A stretch of DNA of 64,000 nucleotides from the sequence record KU686213.1; one strand, given 5' to 3'. Shown piece by piece: positions 17,688 through 33,800 of the stretch. Below the pieces are notes generated by a model, which was given only the letters and a program-made list of their open reading frames with translations, had not been told where the DNA came from and did no database searches. The translations under genes and the position numbers were made by a program. The first letter of the stretch is position 1, and every line of letters starts with the position of its first letter.

Positions 17688-18457
17688 TGGGAAAAAATTT
17701 AGTATGTCAGATCTTTTTTGATAAAAAATTGATTACTGATTATAAAGTTCATGAAAAAGATCAGACAAGAGGTGAGGTTGTAACATCTAAACATTTAGAT
17801 AATGAGTTGTTTCAACATTCTCAAATACTTGCTAAAAGATACGCAGAGCGTGTAGGTGCGGATTACATCCTATTTGATAAACCACATATCAATTTTTATA
17901 ATCCATCTCAAGAAAGATTTAGATTGATGGAAGAAGACCATTGGGCAGAGACATATGATAATATATTATATGTTGACTGTGATGCGTTTATCTACAACGA
18001 ATGCCCCAATATCTTTGAGGAGTATCCACAAGAAAATTTAAGGATTGCTAGGGATATGAACCCAGCTATTCCTAATCAGGAGAATGTAATTGTTAGTGAG
18101 GTTGGTCTTGATAAAGTGCGCCAATCATATTTCAATGCTGGAATTCTATTGATGCACTCATCCACACTTAGGGAATTAAAAAAGGTCATCAAATATAAGG
18201 AAAGATTTTCTCTCTTACCTTATGGTGATCAGTCCGAGTTAAATTACTGCACATTGAAGTATGACATCCCCCATACAGTAATGGACCAAAGATTCAACTC
18301 ATATGACAGAGATGCATTTATCGGTCATCTATACGGTACGCAAAAGTTTGATGGACTATTCCATAGTGCATATCACCTGAAGAAAGCTAAAGAGCAAGCA
18401 CTAGGTATCAAACCGAAGAAAAAGAAGCTACCATTCACAGTAAAAACTAATTATTAA
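17687..18457 (+). CDS. GT-A glycosyltransferase (GT8-like)
   Basis: DxD motif YVDCDA, YFNAGILL, GDQSELN, HLYG. Confidence 0.7.
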   Translation: MGKNLVCQIFFDKKLITDYKVHEKDQTRGEVVTSKHLDNELFQHSQILAKRYAERVGADYILFDKPHINFYNPSQERFRLMEEDHWAETYDNILYVDCDAFIYNECPNIFEEYPQENLRIARDMNPAIPNQENVIVSEVGLDKVRQSYFNAGILLMHSSTLRELKKVIKYKERFSLLPYGDQSELNYCTLKYDIPHTVMDQRFNSYDRDAFIGHLYGTQKFDGLFHSAYHLKKAKEQALGIKPKKKKLPFTVKTNY

Positions 18458-18461
18458 ACTA

Positions 18462-19031
18462 ATGACTGTTGATGTAAACTATTGGAGTACTTTCTACTCA
18501 TCAAATCACACTCTAGATTCCTCCAACTTCTGTAGGTTTGTATTAGAGTACTTTAAAAATCAGTCTTCACTACGCATCCTAGATGCTGGCTGTGGTAATG
18601 GTAGAGATAGCTATGCCCTATCCAAATTACACATAGTAACTGGTATAGATACTGCCGACTATGTTCCTGAGTCAACAGAGACTTGCTCATTTGAGACTGG
18701 AGATTTCTGCACACATGATAAAGATTCTTACGATATTGTGTATTCTAGATTTACTCTACACTCAATTACAGATGAGCAACAGGTAGAATTCATCAAGTCT
18801 ATTGTAAATGCTGGGACTTTCTTATGCATTGAGTGTAGAAGTGATGGAGACATTGATACTGTAAGGGAGCATGGTGATGACCACTATAGAAACTTTGTAA
18901 GCTTTGTTCGCCTTCAGAGTATATTGTTGGAGAATGGATTTATAGTGCATGTTGCTGAAGAAAGTAGGGGATTTGCACCATACAAAGCAGAAGATCCAGT
19001 TTGTGTACGATTCATTGCGGAGAAAAATTGA
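18462..19031 (+). CDS. Class I SAM-dependent methyltransferase
   Basis: ILDAGCGNGRDS motif I; YDIVYSRFTLHSI. Confidence 0.85.
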   Translation: MTVDVNYWSTFYSSNHTLDSSNFCRFVLEYFKNQSSLRILDAGCGNGRDSYALSKLHIVTGIDTADYVPESTETCSFETGDFCTHDKDSYDIVYSRFTLHSITDEQQVEFIKSIVNAGTFLCIECRSDGDIDTVREHGDDHYRNFVSFVRLQSILLENGFIVHVAEESRGFAPYKAEDPVCVRFIAEKN

Positions 19032-19561
19032 TGGCAGGTTATCCTGAAAAAGCAGAAAAGCTAAACACCACACTACTCTGGACTCTCGATCTTCTTGAGA
19101 CTAGAGGTATTGATAAGTGGTTTGTATCTTATGGTACTTTATTGGGTTTGATTCGTGATGGATCATGTATTGATGGTGATGATGATGTAGACATCTGCAT
19201 TGACAAAGATTGTTGGGATGATGTATATGATCCAATCAAAAAATTGAATAGACTCAATGAGCAGTATGTAAAAGAGAACATTATCATCACCAAAAGAACT
19301 GCGACATACTCACAAGTAGATTTTTATTGCTGTGATGTAAATGAGCAAGGTGACTTCAATGATACATGGGAAGATGTTATTTGGAGTAGATGCTATAATG
19401 AGTCTGACAAAATTCCAACCATTGAGTTTCAGGGAAGACATTTGAATGTTCCTCATAATGCAATTGAAAAACTTTCTAAGCGTTATGGTTCTACTTGGAA
19501 TCAGAGAATCAAAAGAGGAACTGAAGCCGGAGATGGTTATCGTAAAATAAAAGTATTATGA
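19031..19561 (+). CDS. LicD-family nucleotidyltransferase-fold protein
   Basis: YGTLLGLIRDG..I..DDDVDI; C-terminal VP......L...YG..W. Confidence 0.8.
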   Translation: MAGYPEKAEKLNTTLLWTLDLLETRGIDKWFVSYGTLLGLIRDGSCIDGDDDVDICIDKDCWDDVYDPIKKLNRLNEQYVKENIIITKRTATYSQVDFYCCDVNEQGDFNDTWEDVIWSRCYNESDKIPTIEFQGRHLNVPHNAIEKLSKRYGSTWNQRIKRGTEAGDGYRKIKVL

Positions 19562-20376
19562 AAAATGAAGTTATGAGACACGATCTAAAAGATACTACAT
19601 TTATTATACCTCTACGCATTGAGAGTGGAGACAGAATGCGTAATGTAATTACTTCATTATGTTATATACTATCAAACTTTGATACTCATATCATTGTAAA
19701 GGAGGGTGATACATCTTCTATATTTCTTGAGGATGTTCTTCCGCAGGTAAAAGATTTCCTGGAAGTAGATGAGATTCCTAATCTATTACATGTCTTTGAG
19801 GACACGAGTGCTTCTGAGTTCCATAGAACTAGGTATCTTAATGAGATGACTCATATGGCTACAACAAAGGTTGTGGTTAATTATGATTGTGATATCATCC
19901 TTCCCGTGGAGTCCTACATAAAAGCACAGGCAATGATTATTGATGGACCTTCTGATGTGGTCTATCCATATGGATTCGGTAACTATGCTAAAATGGTAAC
20001 CGTAGATGATTCAATTGTCTCTGAATTCCTAACTGAAGGATTCAGTATTAATCTCCTAGAAAAAACTACAAAGCTAAACAATGCTCGTTTTGGTTTCTGT
20101 CAGTTCTTTGATAGAGAGGTTTACATCAGTGGTGGCGGGGAAAACGAAAAGTTCATTGCATATGCTCCTGAAGATGAAGAGAGGGCATTTAGATTTATTA
20201 CTTTGGGATATAAAGTAGATCGTATTGATCAATTTGTATATCACCTAGAGCATTCAAGGACACCCAATTCGTGGTATAATAATCCTCATATGCAGAACAA
20301 TTTTGCCTTATGGGAAGTTTTACAGAAAATGGACAAGCATCAACTAATTGAGCACTACAACTTATACAATGGATAA
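19558..20376 (+). CDS. GT-A glycosyltransferase (GT2/GT7-C-like)
   Basis: TFIIPLRIES..RMRN, NYDCDII, GGENEKFIAYAPEDEER..RF..LG, YHLEH. Confidence 0.75.
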   Translation: MKNEVMRHDLKDTTFIIPLRIESGDRMRNVITSLCYILSNFDTHIIVKEGDTSSIFLEDVLPQVKDFLEVDEIPNLLHVFEDTSASEFHRTRYLNEMTHMATTKVVVNYDCDIILPVESYIKAQAMIIDGPSDVVYPYGFGNYAKMVTVDDSIVSEFLTEGFSINLLEKTTKLNNARFGFCQFFDREVYISGGGENEKFIAYAPEDEERAFRFITLGYKVDRIDQFVYHLEHSRTPNSWYNNPHMQNNFALWEVLQKMDKHQLIEHYNLYNG

Positions 20377-21196
20377 AAACAAAGCAATCGGAAAACTACG
20401 AGGAATCCCTAGGATCTTCTACATAAATCTGGACGACCATACAGAACGTCGTCAGTATATGGAAGACCAGTTTGAATACTGGGGTATTCCTGAGGACAAC
20501 TATACGAGAGTTCCTGCCCACGATGGTAGGGGTGATAATGATTTGGGTGATGTCCTAAAAGGTAAGTATCCAGAGCTAATGACTTCCAGTGAAGTTGGAT
20601 GTACCGTATCACACTTAAAGGCACTTAAGTACTGGGTTGATAACTATCCAGAGGAAGAGTATCTTGTGGTTATGGAAGATGATTGTGACATTTCAACAGC
20701 TGGCTACTGGGGCTTTACATGGAATGATTTTGCGCGTAAAGTACCTTATCACTTTGATGTAATTCAACTTGCCGTCATCAATCCCATTGAGATTAATGTT
20801 AAGCTTCATCTGAGATTCGTCAATGACTTCTCAACTGCCTGCTATATTATCCGTAAGCATCACGCAGAGAAGTTAGTCAAACTTCATTGTCGTGGTGATA
20901 AGTATAAGCTTGACCAGAACGTTAAGCCTCGTGCTGTTGCTGATGACTTAATCTACAACTCTGGTTTATCCTTTGCTATCCCCCTGTTCTTATATAAGAT
21001 TGCTTTGGGTTCTAGCATCCATGATATTCACGTGAATACATTCCACAAAAGTAGTCATGATGGTCTATGGCAGTTCTGGAAAGAACAAGCACCAACCATC
21101 CCAGATTGGTCACAGTTCTTTGAGTATGATCCATACTATGGGACACTTCCACCCAGCCTAGTTGCTAAACAAGCTATCGAAGACCATAATAAATAA
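20369..21196 (+). CDS. GT25-family glycosyltransferase
   Basis: FYINLDDHTERRQYM, EVGCTVSHLKA, VMEDD, STACYII. Confidence 0.8.
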   Translation: MDKNKAIGKLRGIPRIFYINLDDHTERRQYMEDQFEYWGIPEDNYTRVPAHDGRGDNDLGDVLKGKYPELMTSSEVGCTVSHLKALKYWVDNYPEEEYLVVMEDDCDISTAGYWGFTWNDFARKVPYHFDVIQLAVINPIEINVKLHLRFVNDFSTACYIIRKHHAEKLVKLHCRGDKYKLDQNVKPRAVADDLIYNSGLSFAIPLFLYKIALGSSIHDIHVNTFHKSSHDGLWQFWKEQAPTIPDWSQFFEYDPYYGTLPPSLVAKQAIEDHNK

Positions 21197-21234
21197 GGTA
21201 GCAGGAACTAAAAAAATACACTCTTCTTTATATT

Positions 21235-25434
<4,200 letters not shown>

Positions 25435-25468
25435 ATAAGATATATCAAAGTACTGATACCATTACATC

Positions 25469-27652
25469 ATGGCAGCCTTTAATTTTCCAGCAAACCCAAG
25501 TGTAGGGGACCAAGTAACCAATGGAGGAGTTACTTATACTTGGGATGGTTACAAATGGAACACCACAACCGCACCATTTAGTGTAGGTGCTACTGGTGCT
25601 ACGGGTCCATTGGGGTTTGGTATCTATGCCTTTTGTAGGACTACATCTACTGGTGTCTTACTTCCAAATTATGGTAGTGGTATTTTAGGTGTAAACAGAG
25701 TATCAACGGGTGTTTATAGATATACACTTTCTCAACCATATAATAGCGCGGATTATATGGCTCAGGTTTCATTAGTATCCTCGGGTAATATTAATCCATC
25801 CGATTGGAATGTTATTGTTGAAAATATTACACCAACAACATTTGATGTATTCACATATAGAGCAAACAATACTCCAATCAACCTAGAACACGCCGTTACT
25901 GTATATGGTGTAGATGGTCCTACAGGTACTGGTAGTGCCTATCAGTCTTGGTTGGAAGTTGGTAACTTTGGAACAGAACAGGATTTCATCAATTCACTAC
26001 AAGGTCCTACAGGAGGATCTGGTGGGCAAGGCAGCACTGGTGCTACTGGTCCCATTGGTCCCAATGGAGCCACTGGTCCCCAAGGTTTGGATGGAACATC
26101 CGTTGCTCTAAAAGGTACGGTTGATGATGCTAGTGACCTACCATCAATCCCAGGTACTGTTGAGGGTGATTTGTATGTTGTTCTTAATACTGGTGGTGGT
26201 TTTAATGCTGGTGATGGTGCTGTAAAAAATGACCTAACCACAGGCACTCTGGCTGATTGGAGTAATGTAGGTCCTCTACAAGGTCCTCAAGGAAATATCG
26301 GTCCAATAGGCGCAACTGGTCCCATAGGTTCTACTGGTCCCCAAGGTATTCCTTCTACTGATGGTGGCTTCTTTGTTCTTTCAGGTGAGAGAAGCGGACC
26401 TCCCGCTCTTAATCAATTCTTTGCGTGGGGTAATGGAGACAGTGCTGATAATGGAGTTCAAATCCAGGAAGGATGTTTCCTTGATTATGTTTCTATAACA
26501 GCAGAAAGACCATTTGGAACTATTCCAGTTGAAGTTACTGCCTATGTAAATGGATCTGCTACTATAGTTAAAGCTATTGGTACCACTGGATCAAAAACAT
26601 CAACATCATCTGGTAGCCCTGTTGAGATTTTCCCAGGAGATTATGTAAATATTAGATGTTCTCAAACTGGTAACAACTCAACTGCTGGCGGAACTGTTGG
26701 TGGTTGTGTGGGTTCACTACTATTCTCTACCGCAGGTGCGCGTGGTGCTACTGGAGAGCAAGGTCCTCCTGGTCCCCCTGATGGCGCTACTGGTGATACT
26801 GGTCCTGTAGGTCCTCTTGGTCCTGTTGGTCCTACTGGTCCTCTTGGTGCTACTGGTCCCGTTGGTCCTACTGGTATTGGTGCTCCTGGTCCTGATGGTC
26901 CCACTGGAGCTACTGGTCCTAATGGTCCTGCTGGTCCCGTTGGTACTGTTGTGTTGGGTACTGTTGCTGATATTGCTAGCCTGCCCCCATCTGCTAATGT
27001 TGGTGAAGGTTTTGTAGTAACTGCCGAAGCTAATGATGTATATGTTTGGAATGGTTCTTCCTGGAATAGTATTGGACCAGTTCAAGGTCCCGAAGGTCCT
27101 GCTGGTCCTGCTGGTCCTCAAGGTGCTACTGGTATTAAAGAGCAGTCTTATATCAAGTCAACATTCCTAACCGAGTCAACTGTAAACTCATCAACAACAT
27201 TCCAGTCATTCAACATACTCAATGATTCTGCTATCCTTGAAGCAGGTGGATATAGATATGCCGCAGAGATACCTGGAAGACAAGGTATTGGTGCTGGTGG
27301 TATTATTGTCCCAGAAACTGGGATCTATATGATTACTGCCTCACTATACTTCACAACACCTAGTGTGCAGAGAGCTAGTATTGGATTGAGATTTGCTATC
27401 GCAGAACTAGCAGATCCAGAAAATACAAATGCCGAGGGAGTTGCTTTACCAGAAACAGGAGCTATGGGATACATTAGATCTGGTTCAGGTCATAATGAAG
27501 CATCAGTCACCCTTACAACTATCGCTAGCTTGGAAGTAATTCCTGGTGTTAGGGAAGATCAGGTTCAAATACAGTTGGCTAGATTGGCTTCGAGTGGTAC
27601 TGTTAGTGTAGAAGCTAATCGTAGTATTATTACCATTACAAAAATTGCCTAA
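25469..27652 (+). CDS. Collagen-like fibre protein with C1q-like C-terminus
   Basis: N-terminal FPANPSVGD...YTWDG.KW, several Gly-X-Y tracts, and C-terminal [11 protein letters not shown]...GYIR...HNEASVTL, paralogous to the previous gene. CTAAATA at 25431. Confidence 0.85.
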   Translation: MAAFNFPANPSVGDQVTNGGVTYTWDGYKWNTTTAPFSVGATGATGPLGFGIYAFCRTTSTGVLLPNYGSGILGVNRVSTGVYRYTLSQPYNSADYMAQVSLVSSGNINPSDWNVIVENITPTTFDVFTYRANNTPINLEHAVTVYGVDGPTGTGSAYQSWLEVGNFGTEQDFINSLQGPTGGSGGQGSTGATGPIGPNGATGPQGLDGTSVALKGTVDDASDLPSIPGTVEGDLYVVLNTGGGFNAGDGAVKNDLTTGTLADWSNVGPLQGPQGNIGPIGATGPIGSTGPQGIPSTDGGFFVLSGERSGPPALNQFFAWGNGDSADNGVQIQEGCFLDYVSITAERPFGTIPVEVTAYVNGSATIVKAIGTTGSKTSTSSGSPVEIFPGDYVNIRCSQTGNNSTAGGTVGGCVGSLLFSTAGARGATGEQGPPGPPDGATGDTGPVGPLGPVGPTGPLGATGPVGPTGIGAPGPDGPTGATGPNGPAGPVGTVVLGTVADIASLPPSANVGEGFVVTAEANDVYVWNGSSWNSIGPVQGPEGPAGPAGPQGATGIKEQSYIKSTFLTESTVNSSTTFQSFNILNDSAILEAGGYRYAAEIPGRQGIGAGGIIVPETGIYMITASLYFTTPSVQRASIGLRFAIAELADPENTNAEGVALPETGAMGYIRSGSGHNEASVTLTTIASLEVIPGVREDQVQIQLARLASSGTVSVEANRSIITITKIA

Positions 27653-27678
27653 ATATTTTATGAAGAATAAAGTATGAT

Positions 27679-28269
27679 ATGGCTATACAAATACACCGAG
27701 GGATATTGGGGTCACATTCTCCTTTGATTTTATTCACGGGAAGAGCATCAGATGGAACCACTTCCGCTAATGGGACAAATAGAATAAATGGGATAAGCGT
27801 ACAGTATAATACTGATGATGCAGACTATGTTGATGTTATTGATGATAGTTTGACCACTTCAAACAATCATACAACATTTGATGTGTATAAAGTTCATTAT
27901 AGTGAATGGTTGGATGTTGATGGTAATTCTTTTGGCTCTGCCGAGAATGTTGTTCAGTATATTGAGCAACAAATAACAGCATCCCAGGATCGGATTGCGT
28001 TTACTCAAGCAACAGCACACACACTTACTGGTATTCCAGAGACCGTCAGTGCTTCTGTTGGTGTTGCATTCACATATAATGCAAACTACTACAATGGCGT
28101 TTCATACTTCTGGGATGAGGCATCTTTCCCATCTGGTGTGGAAGTTTCTCGTTATGATCGGAGGAGGATTAGTGGTATCGTCACACAGACTGGTTCATAT
28201 ACAATCAACTTCCAAGTAGCAAATCACAATGGGACTGTCCCAACTAGCGTGATTGTTGATGTAACCTAA
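27679..28269 (+). CDS. Probable structural protein with a C-terminal Ig-like domain
   Basis: C-terminal FPSGV.V.......ISGIVTQTGSYTINFQVAN resembles putative-Ig (He_PIG) repeats. CTAAATA upstream. Confidence 0.6.
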   Translation: MAIQIHRGILGSHSPLILFTGRASDGTTSANGTNRINGISVQYNTDDADYVDVIDDSLTTSNNHTTFDVYKVHYSEWLDVDGNSFGSAENVVQYIEQQITASQDRIAFTQATAHTLTGIPETVSASVGVAFTYNANYYNGVSYFWDEASFPSGVEVSRYDRRRISGIVTQTGSYTINFQVANHNGTVPTSVIVDVT

Positions 28270-28312
28270 AAGATATGCTATAATATCCAGGTACTTAACA
28301 AAAGATCATATT

Positions 28313-28429
28313 ATGTTCGGTTTTACTCCTGAAGCAGAAATCCTTAATGCTCGTCTAGCAATGCTAGGTTTCGTCATCGCAGTCGGAACCTACGCAGTGA
28401 CCGGTCAAATTATCCCCGGCGTATTTTAA
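28313..28429 (+). CDS. hli: High-light-inducible protein (38 aa), not in the ORF track
   Basis: MFGFTPEAEILNARLAMLGFVIAVGTYAVTGQIIPGVF carries the AExxNxRxAMxG and TGQIIPG motifs. TGCTATAAT promoter at 28276-28284. Confidence 0.95.
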   Translation: MFGFTPEAEILNARLAMLGFVIAVGTYAVTGQIIPGVF

Positions 28430-28469
28430 AGACTAAATAACAACAGGATATTCAACCTGTTGTTTTTTT

Positions 28470-28829
28470 ATGGCTAATTATATTGGAAAACCAGACGGAA
28501 CTGTTTGGAGAGAGTTGAAAGACGGATCACTAAAAGAGATCAAAGGATACTTAAACAAAGGTTATAGACATTTTGATAAGTGCCTTGGTAAAAACAAAGT
28601 GAGAAAGTGTGAGTCATTCCACCGCCTAATTGCGGAACAACTCTTACCAAACCCAGACAATCTACCTGTTGTAGATCATATCAATAGGGATAAGACAGAC
28701 AACAGATTAGAAAATCTCCGTTGGGCTACTAGAAGCGACAACTGGTACAACTTTGAACTGTCTATTGAAAAGTGTATTGAAACCTTGGAGAGGGCAGGTT
28801 ATACCGTTGTAGCACCCAATACAGTCTAA
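28470..28829 (+). CDS. HNH homing-endonuclease-like protein
   Basis: HRLIAEQLLPNPDNLPVVDHINRDKTDNRLENLRW. Confidence 0.85.
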   Translation: MANYIGKPDGTVWRELKDGSLKEIKGYLNKGYRHFDKCLGKNKVRKCESFHRLIAEQLLPNPDNLPVVDHINRDKTDNRLENLRWATRSDNWYNFELSIEKCIETLERAGYTVVAPNTV

Positions 28830-28850
28830 AAAAAACTAAATAGATATAAT

Positions 28851-28877
28851 AAGAGGGATGTATACCCTCTTTTTTTG
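28851..28877 (+). terminator. Intrinsic terminator
   Basis: aagaggg-atgtata-ccctctt plus T-run. Confidence 0.75.
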
Positions 28878-28889
28878 TAGGGAAAAATA

Positions 28890-29066
28890 ATGGTCTTATT
28901 GCTTTGCTTCTTACCCCTTATAATAATCTTTATATTAATGAAGTTTATTTTATTGGTAGAAGAGTCCCATAAAGAAATTACCTATGTACGACAAGAACCA
29001 ACCAGAGAACGAACATTTTTGGAAAACGTCTATGAAGACCTTGATGGCGAGGAAGATTGTGATTGA
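28890..29066 (+). CDS. Small membrane-anchored protein (58 aa), not in the ORF track
   Basis: MVLLLCFLPLIIIFILMKFILLVEESHKEITYVRQEPTRERTFLENVYEDLDGEEDCD. Confidence 0.55.
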   Translation: MVLLLCFLPLIIIFILMKFILLVEESHKEITYVRQEPTRERTFLENVYEDLDGEEDCD

Positions 29067-29190
29067 TATTGAGGAGAAACTCCCAGGTCTCCTTGATGAG
29101 TGGTACCGTGAGCACGGACTAGATACTCCACCGTGGAGACAAAATAAGCCATACTTTGATGATGATGGAAACATCATCAGACCTGATTAG
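29044..29190 (+). CDS. Small hypothetical protein
   Basis: 3' part of track ORF 28984-29190; the start is moved to ATG 29044 to limit overlap with the upstream small gene. Confidence 0.45.
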   Translation: MARKIVIDIEEKLPGLLDEWYREHGLDTPPWRQNKPYFDDDGNIIRPD

Positions 29191-29226
29191 ATATAAATAT
29201 CTCTGAAGAGAAGATTATATCTTACA

Positions 29227-30780
29227 ATGTCTCAAATTATATTCCCGAGTAACCCATCAGTTGGTGAATTTTATAATGTGGGTGATGTTACATATAAGTG
29301 GGATGGATCTAAATGGATCTCTACCAGCGTAGCCCCAGTAAATATTGGAGCAACTGGACCATCTGGTCCTGCTGGACCTACTGGAGCTACAGGATCAACT
29401 GTTGTTGATGGTAGTGATATCTCTGCTGGTGTAGTGACCGCAACAGAATTTGACGGTAATCTCAGTGGAAATGTCGCTGGCGATACTACTGGTATCCATA
29501 ATGGGGATGTATATGCTAGAGATGGATCTAAAATTATATTAGAAACTGCTATTAATAATGGTGATACAGCACACTATACAGGCACAGTAACTGGCGACGT
29601 AACTGGAGATACAACAGGAACACATTACGGAACCAATACCGGTCAGCAGCACGGAGATGTGTACACCAATGACGGTGGTCAGCAAGTCATAGATACTGCT
29701 GCTATTCCATCTCCCCTATTCAAAGGTGATGCGGAAGGTTTAGATGGTGACCCAAATATACAAGTAACTAACCTAACAGTAGTTGGCTTAACTAATGTTG
29801 GCGTTGTAACTGCTGCCGAAATAACTACAGATGATCTTAATGCTGATAGTGTAATTGCTGGGTTTGTTACATCAGTAAACTCATATACTAGTGGAATCGC
29901 TACTGCTGGAAAGTTTTATGGTGATGGTTCAAACCTAACTGGAATAGCAACACAGTCTGGTGCTACTGGAGCCACTGGTCCCCAAGGTTCTCAAGGTGCT
30001 ACTGGTATTCCTGGTCCTTTTGGTCCATATGGAATCACAGGAGCTACTGGTGCAACTGGTGTTGATGGTCCTGTTGGTTCTACTGGAGCCACAGGTGATC
30101 CTGGTTTAGCTGCTATGTGCTTCACATATAGGTATGATAGTGATACTGATACTAACGATGAGCCATTGAGTGGTCGCATCAGCTTCAACAATTCAAACCC
30201 AGAAAATGCAACTGTTATTGCGATCAATGATACTAATGGAGATGCTGTTGATATCTCAAACTTCTTTGGTCTATTTGGTGCTGGATCTAAAGTTTATATT
30301 CAAGAGGAGAGAGATGCTAGTAGCTTTATTCTTCTCACACTAAACGCAGGAGCTTCTGATCAAGGTGGTTGGTATAAGTTCACCAACTTTACAGTCAACA
30401 TATCTGGTAATGTTACCTTTACTAACCTCAATAAGTTGATGGTTTGTGTTCAGCCACAAGGTCCAGCTGGTCCAACGGGCGCAACGGGTCTTACTGGAGC
30501 TGGAACTTCGGCAACATCATTCCAGTGGAACGATCATATCATCCCAGATTCAACGGAGTCTTATGATATAGGTTCAGCAGAATATAAAGTTCGCCACCTA
30601 TTTTTAAGTGATAACTCTGTTTATACTGATAGTGGGGAGGTTAGAGTTGGCTTCTCAACCCAAGTTGGAACATCAACCAAGATGCTAAAAGGAACAAAAC
30701 TACAAGAGATTGTGGCTAATTCTGTTGACTTCGCAGACTTTAAAGTTAAGATGGCTTCGGAGGATTTTGGTTCCTTATGA
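29227..30780 (+). CDS. Fibre/structural protein with short collagen tracts
   Basis: TATAAATA at 29192-29199. N-terminal FPSNPSVG...YKWDG.KW shared with 25469. C-terminal [23 protein letters not shown]. Confidence 0.75.
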   Translation: MSQIIFPSNPSVGEFYNVGDVTYKWDGSKWISTSVAPVNIGATGPSGPAGPTGATGSTVVDGSDISAGVVTATEFDGNLSGNVAGDTTGIHNGDVYARDGSKIILETAINNGDTAHYTGTVTGDVTGDTTGTHYGTNTGQQHGDVYTNDGGQQVIDTAAIPSPLFKGDAEGLDGDPNIQVTNLTVVGLTNVGVVTAAEITTDDLNADSVIAGFVTSVNSYTSGIATAGKFYGDGSNLTGIATQSGATGATGPQGSQGATGIPGPFGPYGITGATGATGVDGPVGSTGATGDPGLAAMCFTYRYDSDTDTNDEPLSGRISFNNSNPENATVIAINDTNGDAVDISNFFGLFGAGSKVYIQEERDASSFILLTLNAGASDQGGWYKFTNFTVNISGNVTFTNLNKLMVCVQPQGPAGPTGATGLTGAGTSATSFQWNDHIIPDSTESYDIGSAEYKVRHLFLSDNSVYTDSGEVRVGFSTQVGTSTKMLKGTKLQEIVANSVDFADFKVKMASEDFGSL

Positions 30781-30824
30781 ATGGAGTATAAATAACCTTA
30801 GGGAATCCATAGTATTATTACAAG

Positions 30825-33800
30825 ATGGCTTACAAGATTAATGGCGTCATTCGCTTAGCAGATAACGGAGACGCAAATTTAGGTTTAGTAACCGCAACCA
30901 ATATTAACTCCACTGGTGTAGCCACGGCTACGGAGTTTGATGGTAAGGTATCAAAGAAGGCTATAACCGAGCAGACCGAAGGTGATGATTCTAATGTTAC
31001 TGGTGCCGATGAACTTCTAATTTATGATCAACAGACCGATTCCCTATTAAGAGTGTCTGTTGATGATTTTATTAGTGCGTCTGGTATTGGTACTTTAGTT
31101 AATGATTTTAATCATATTGATAGTGACTCACTAGTCGTAACTGGACTATCAACTATTGGTGGAGTTGAGATTGGTGCTGGTATTATTACAGCATCTGCAG
31201 GGGTTGGAGTTGTAACATTCTATGGTGATGGTAGTAATTTAGAAGGAGTTATTACTACACCTTCCATTGTTTCTACCACAGAGCCAACCACTAGACCCAA
31301 TGGTGATGACCTAGAACAGGGTGACCTATGGTTCTCTAGTGCTGCTGGCGAAGGGCAATTAAGACAATATACTTATTATAATGGTGCTTGGATTGATTCC
31401 AACCCAATGAATGGTGGTACTTCTGTATATGCTGCAGTAGCTGGTGTATCTACTAATGTAAATGGAACTGGAATTGTAACTGCTAGCCAAGGTAATTTTA
31501 GTGGTATTGTAACTGCAGGTTCTTTTATTGGCGATGGGTCAGGTCTAACTGGTTTAGGTGATTTGACTGGAGCCACTGGTGCAACTGGTGCAGATTCAAT
31601 TGTTCCAGGTCCCCAAGGTTCTACTGGTGCTACTGGTCCTAAAGGTGATCAAGGTGATGCAGTAATTGGAGCCACTGGATCCACTGGTCCCCAAGGAGAT
31701 ATTGGTGCTTCTGGTGCTACTGGTCCTAAAGGAGACCAAGGTGATGCCGTAATTGGTGCTACTGGCGCTACTGGAGAAGTAGGTCCTGATGGTGCTTCTG
31801 GTGCTACTGGTCCTAAAGGTGACCAAGGTGATGCAATTATTGGTGCTACTGGCGCTACTGGTGACCAAGGTGATGAGGGTCCTGTAGGAGCTTCTGGTGC
31901 TACTGGTCCCAAAGGTGACCAAGGTGATGCAATTATTGGTGCTACTGGCGCTACTGGTGACCAAGGTGATGAGGGTCCTGTAGGAGCTTCTGGTGCTACT
32001 GGTCCCAAAGGTGACCAAGGTGATGCAGTAATCGGTGCTACCGGTCCTCAAGGTGATATTGGTGCCTCTGGTGCAACTGGTCCTCAAGGTGATATTGGTG
32101 CCTCTGGTGCTACTGGTCCTAAAGGAGACCCAGGTTCTGCTGGGGTTTCTGCTACATTAACAGCAGGTACATATCTATCCGGTGATTCATATAACGGCAG
32201 CACTAGTAGAACTTGGACAGTAGATGCTACTTCATCAAATACTGCGTCTAAAGTTGTTGCTAGAGATGCTAGTGGTAATTCTAGTTTTAAGAAAATAACA
32301 GTAGATACTGATTCCGATACTGATGGACAGGTAGCTGCACATTTCTATGGTGCGAATGGGTCTACGAATCGCGGTCTTGAAGTACGCCTTTCTTCGGCGG
32401 GTTCTATAGATAATGCTAAGGTTATTTTAGATGCCAAACAAGCTGCAGATGGTGAACTTTGGATTGCTACTAGGGGTGTAGAAAGAGCTGCATTTGATAG
32501 TGGATCTTTTAAAATGGGTGCGAATGTTGGCACTTCGCCAGAAGTTCTGATTAATAGCTCTGGTGATGCCACCTTCGCTGGCGATATCACCGCAGCTAGT
32601 TTTAGTGGTGATGGTTCTGGTCTAACCAACCTACCTGGTGGTGGTAGTCCCGGAGATCCTTCTGCTGCTTCTGCTGATAAACTAACAACATCTAGAACCT
32701 TATGGGGTCAAAGCTTTGATGGTACTGCTAATGTATCAGGTAATCTTACTGGTGTGACCAATATTACCTTATCAGGTACTGTTGATGGTCGTAATGTATT
32801 GGATGATGGTCAAGCTGGTGATAACCTAATAACATTAAGTGGTGTTGCTCGCGATGCTACTAATCTAGGAACCTTCACAGGCGCTACTATTTCTGATAAT
32901 GACACCATTAAAGGAGCTTTACAAGACCTAGAGACCGCATTGGAATCAACTCCAGGCTCTCCCAGCGGTCCTACTGGTGGTGAGGCAGATAGTCTATTGC
33001 TAGCAGCACGTAATAGTACCAATGCAACTCACTATCTAACATTCGCAACCGCACGGACTGGACAGCAGTCTCAATATACTGATACTGGATTAACATATAA
33101 CCCAAGCACAAATACTCTTAGTGCAACATTTAGTGGTAATGGTTCTAGTCTAACTTCACTCAATGCATCTAATCTTGGTTCTGGAACCATTCCCAACGAT
33201 AGATTCCCTGCTGTATTACCAACAGTTAGTGGAGAAAATCTAACTAACTTACCTGGTAGTGGATCCCCAGGCGCTCCTGGTGCCGCTACGATTGCAGTAA
33301 CTGACGAATCATCTGACACAGAAAACTTCCTAGTATTCACTAATGATGCTGTAGGTAATGAGCTTCCAAAGACTGGAAGTAATTTAACATTTAATGCATC
33401 TACAGGACGGCTAACAGCCACTAGCTTTAGTGGTAATGGTTCTAGTCTAACTTCACTCAATGCATCTAATCTTAGTTCTGGAACCATTCCCAACGATAGA
33501 TTCCCTGCTATATTACCAGTAGCTGATGGTTCTAACTTAACTAACATTAGTCGTTCTGACGTATCAACTAGTGTACAAGTAATTACAAATAATACTGCTA
33601 ACGAAACTGTATTTATTACCTTTTCTGACGGTCAATCAGGAACCCAAAGAATAGAAACTGATGTCGATCTTACTTACAATCCTTCGACAAATACTCTCAG
33701 TGCAACATTCTCTGGTAATGGTTCTAATCTAACTAACCTAACTTCAGGTAACCTAGTGGGTGCTTTGCCTGCTATTGATGGTTCTTCTCTTACTGGAATT

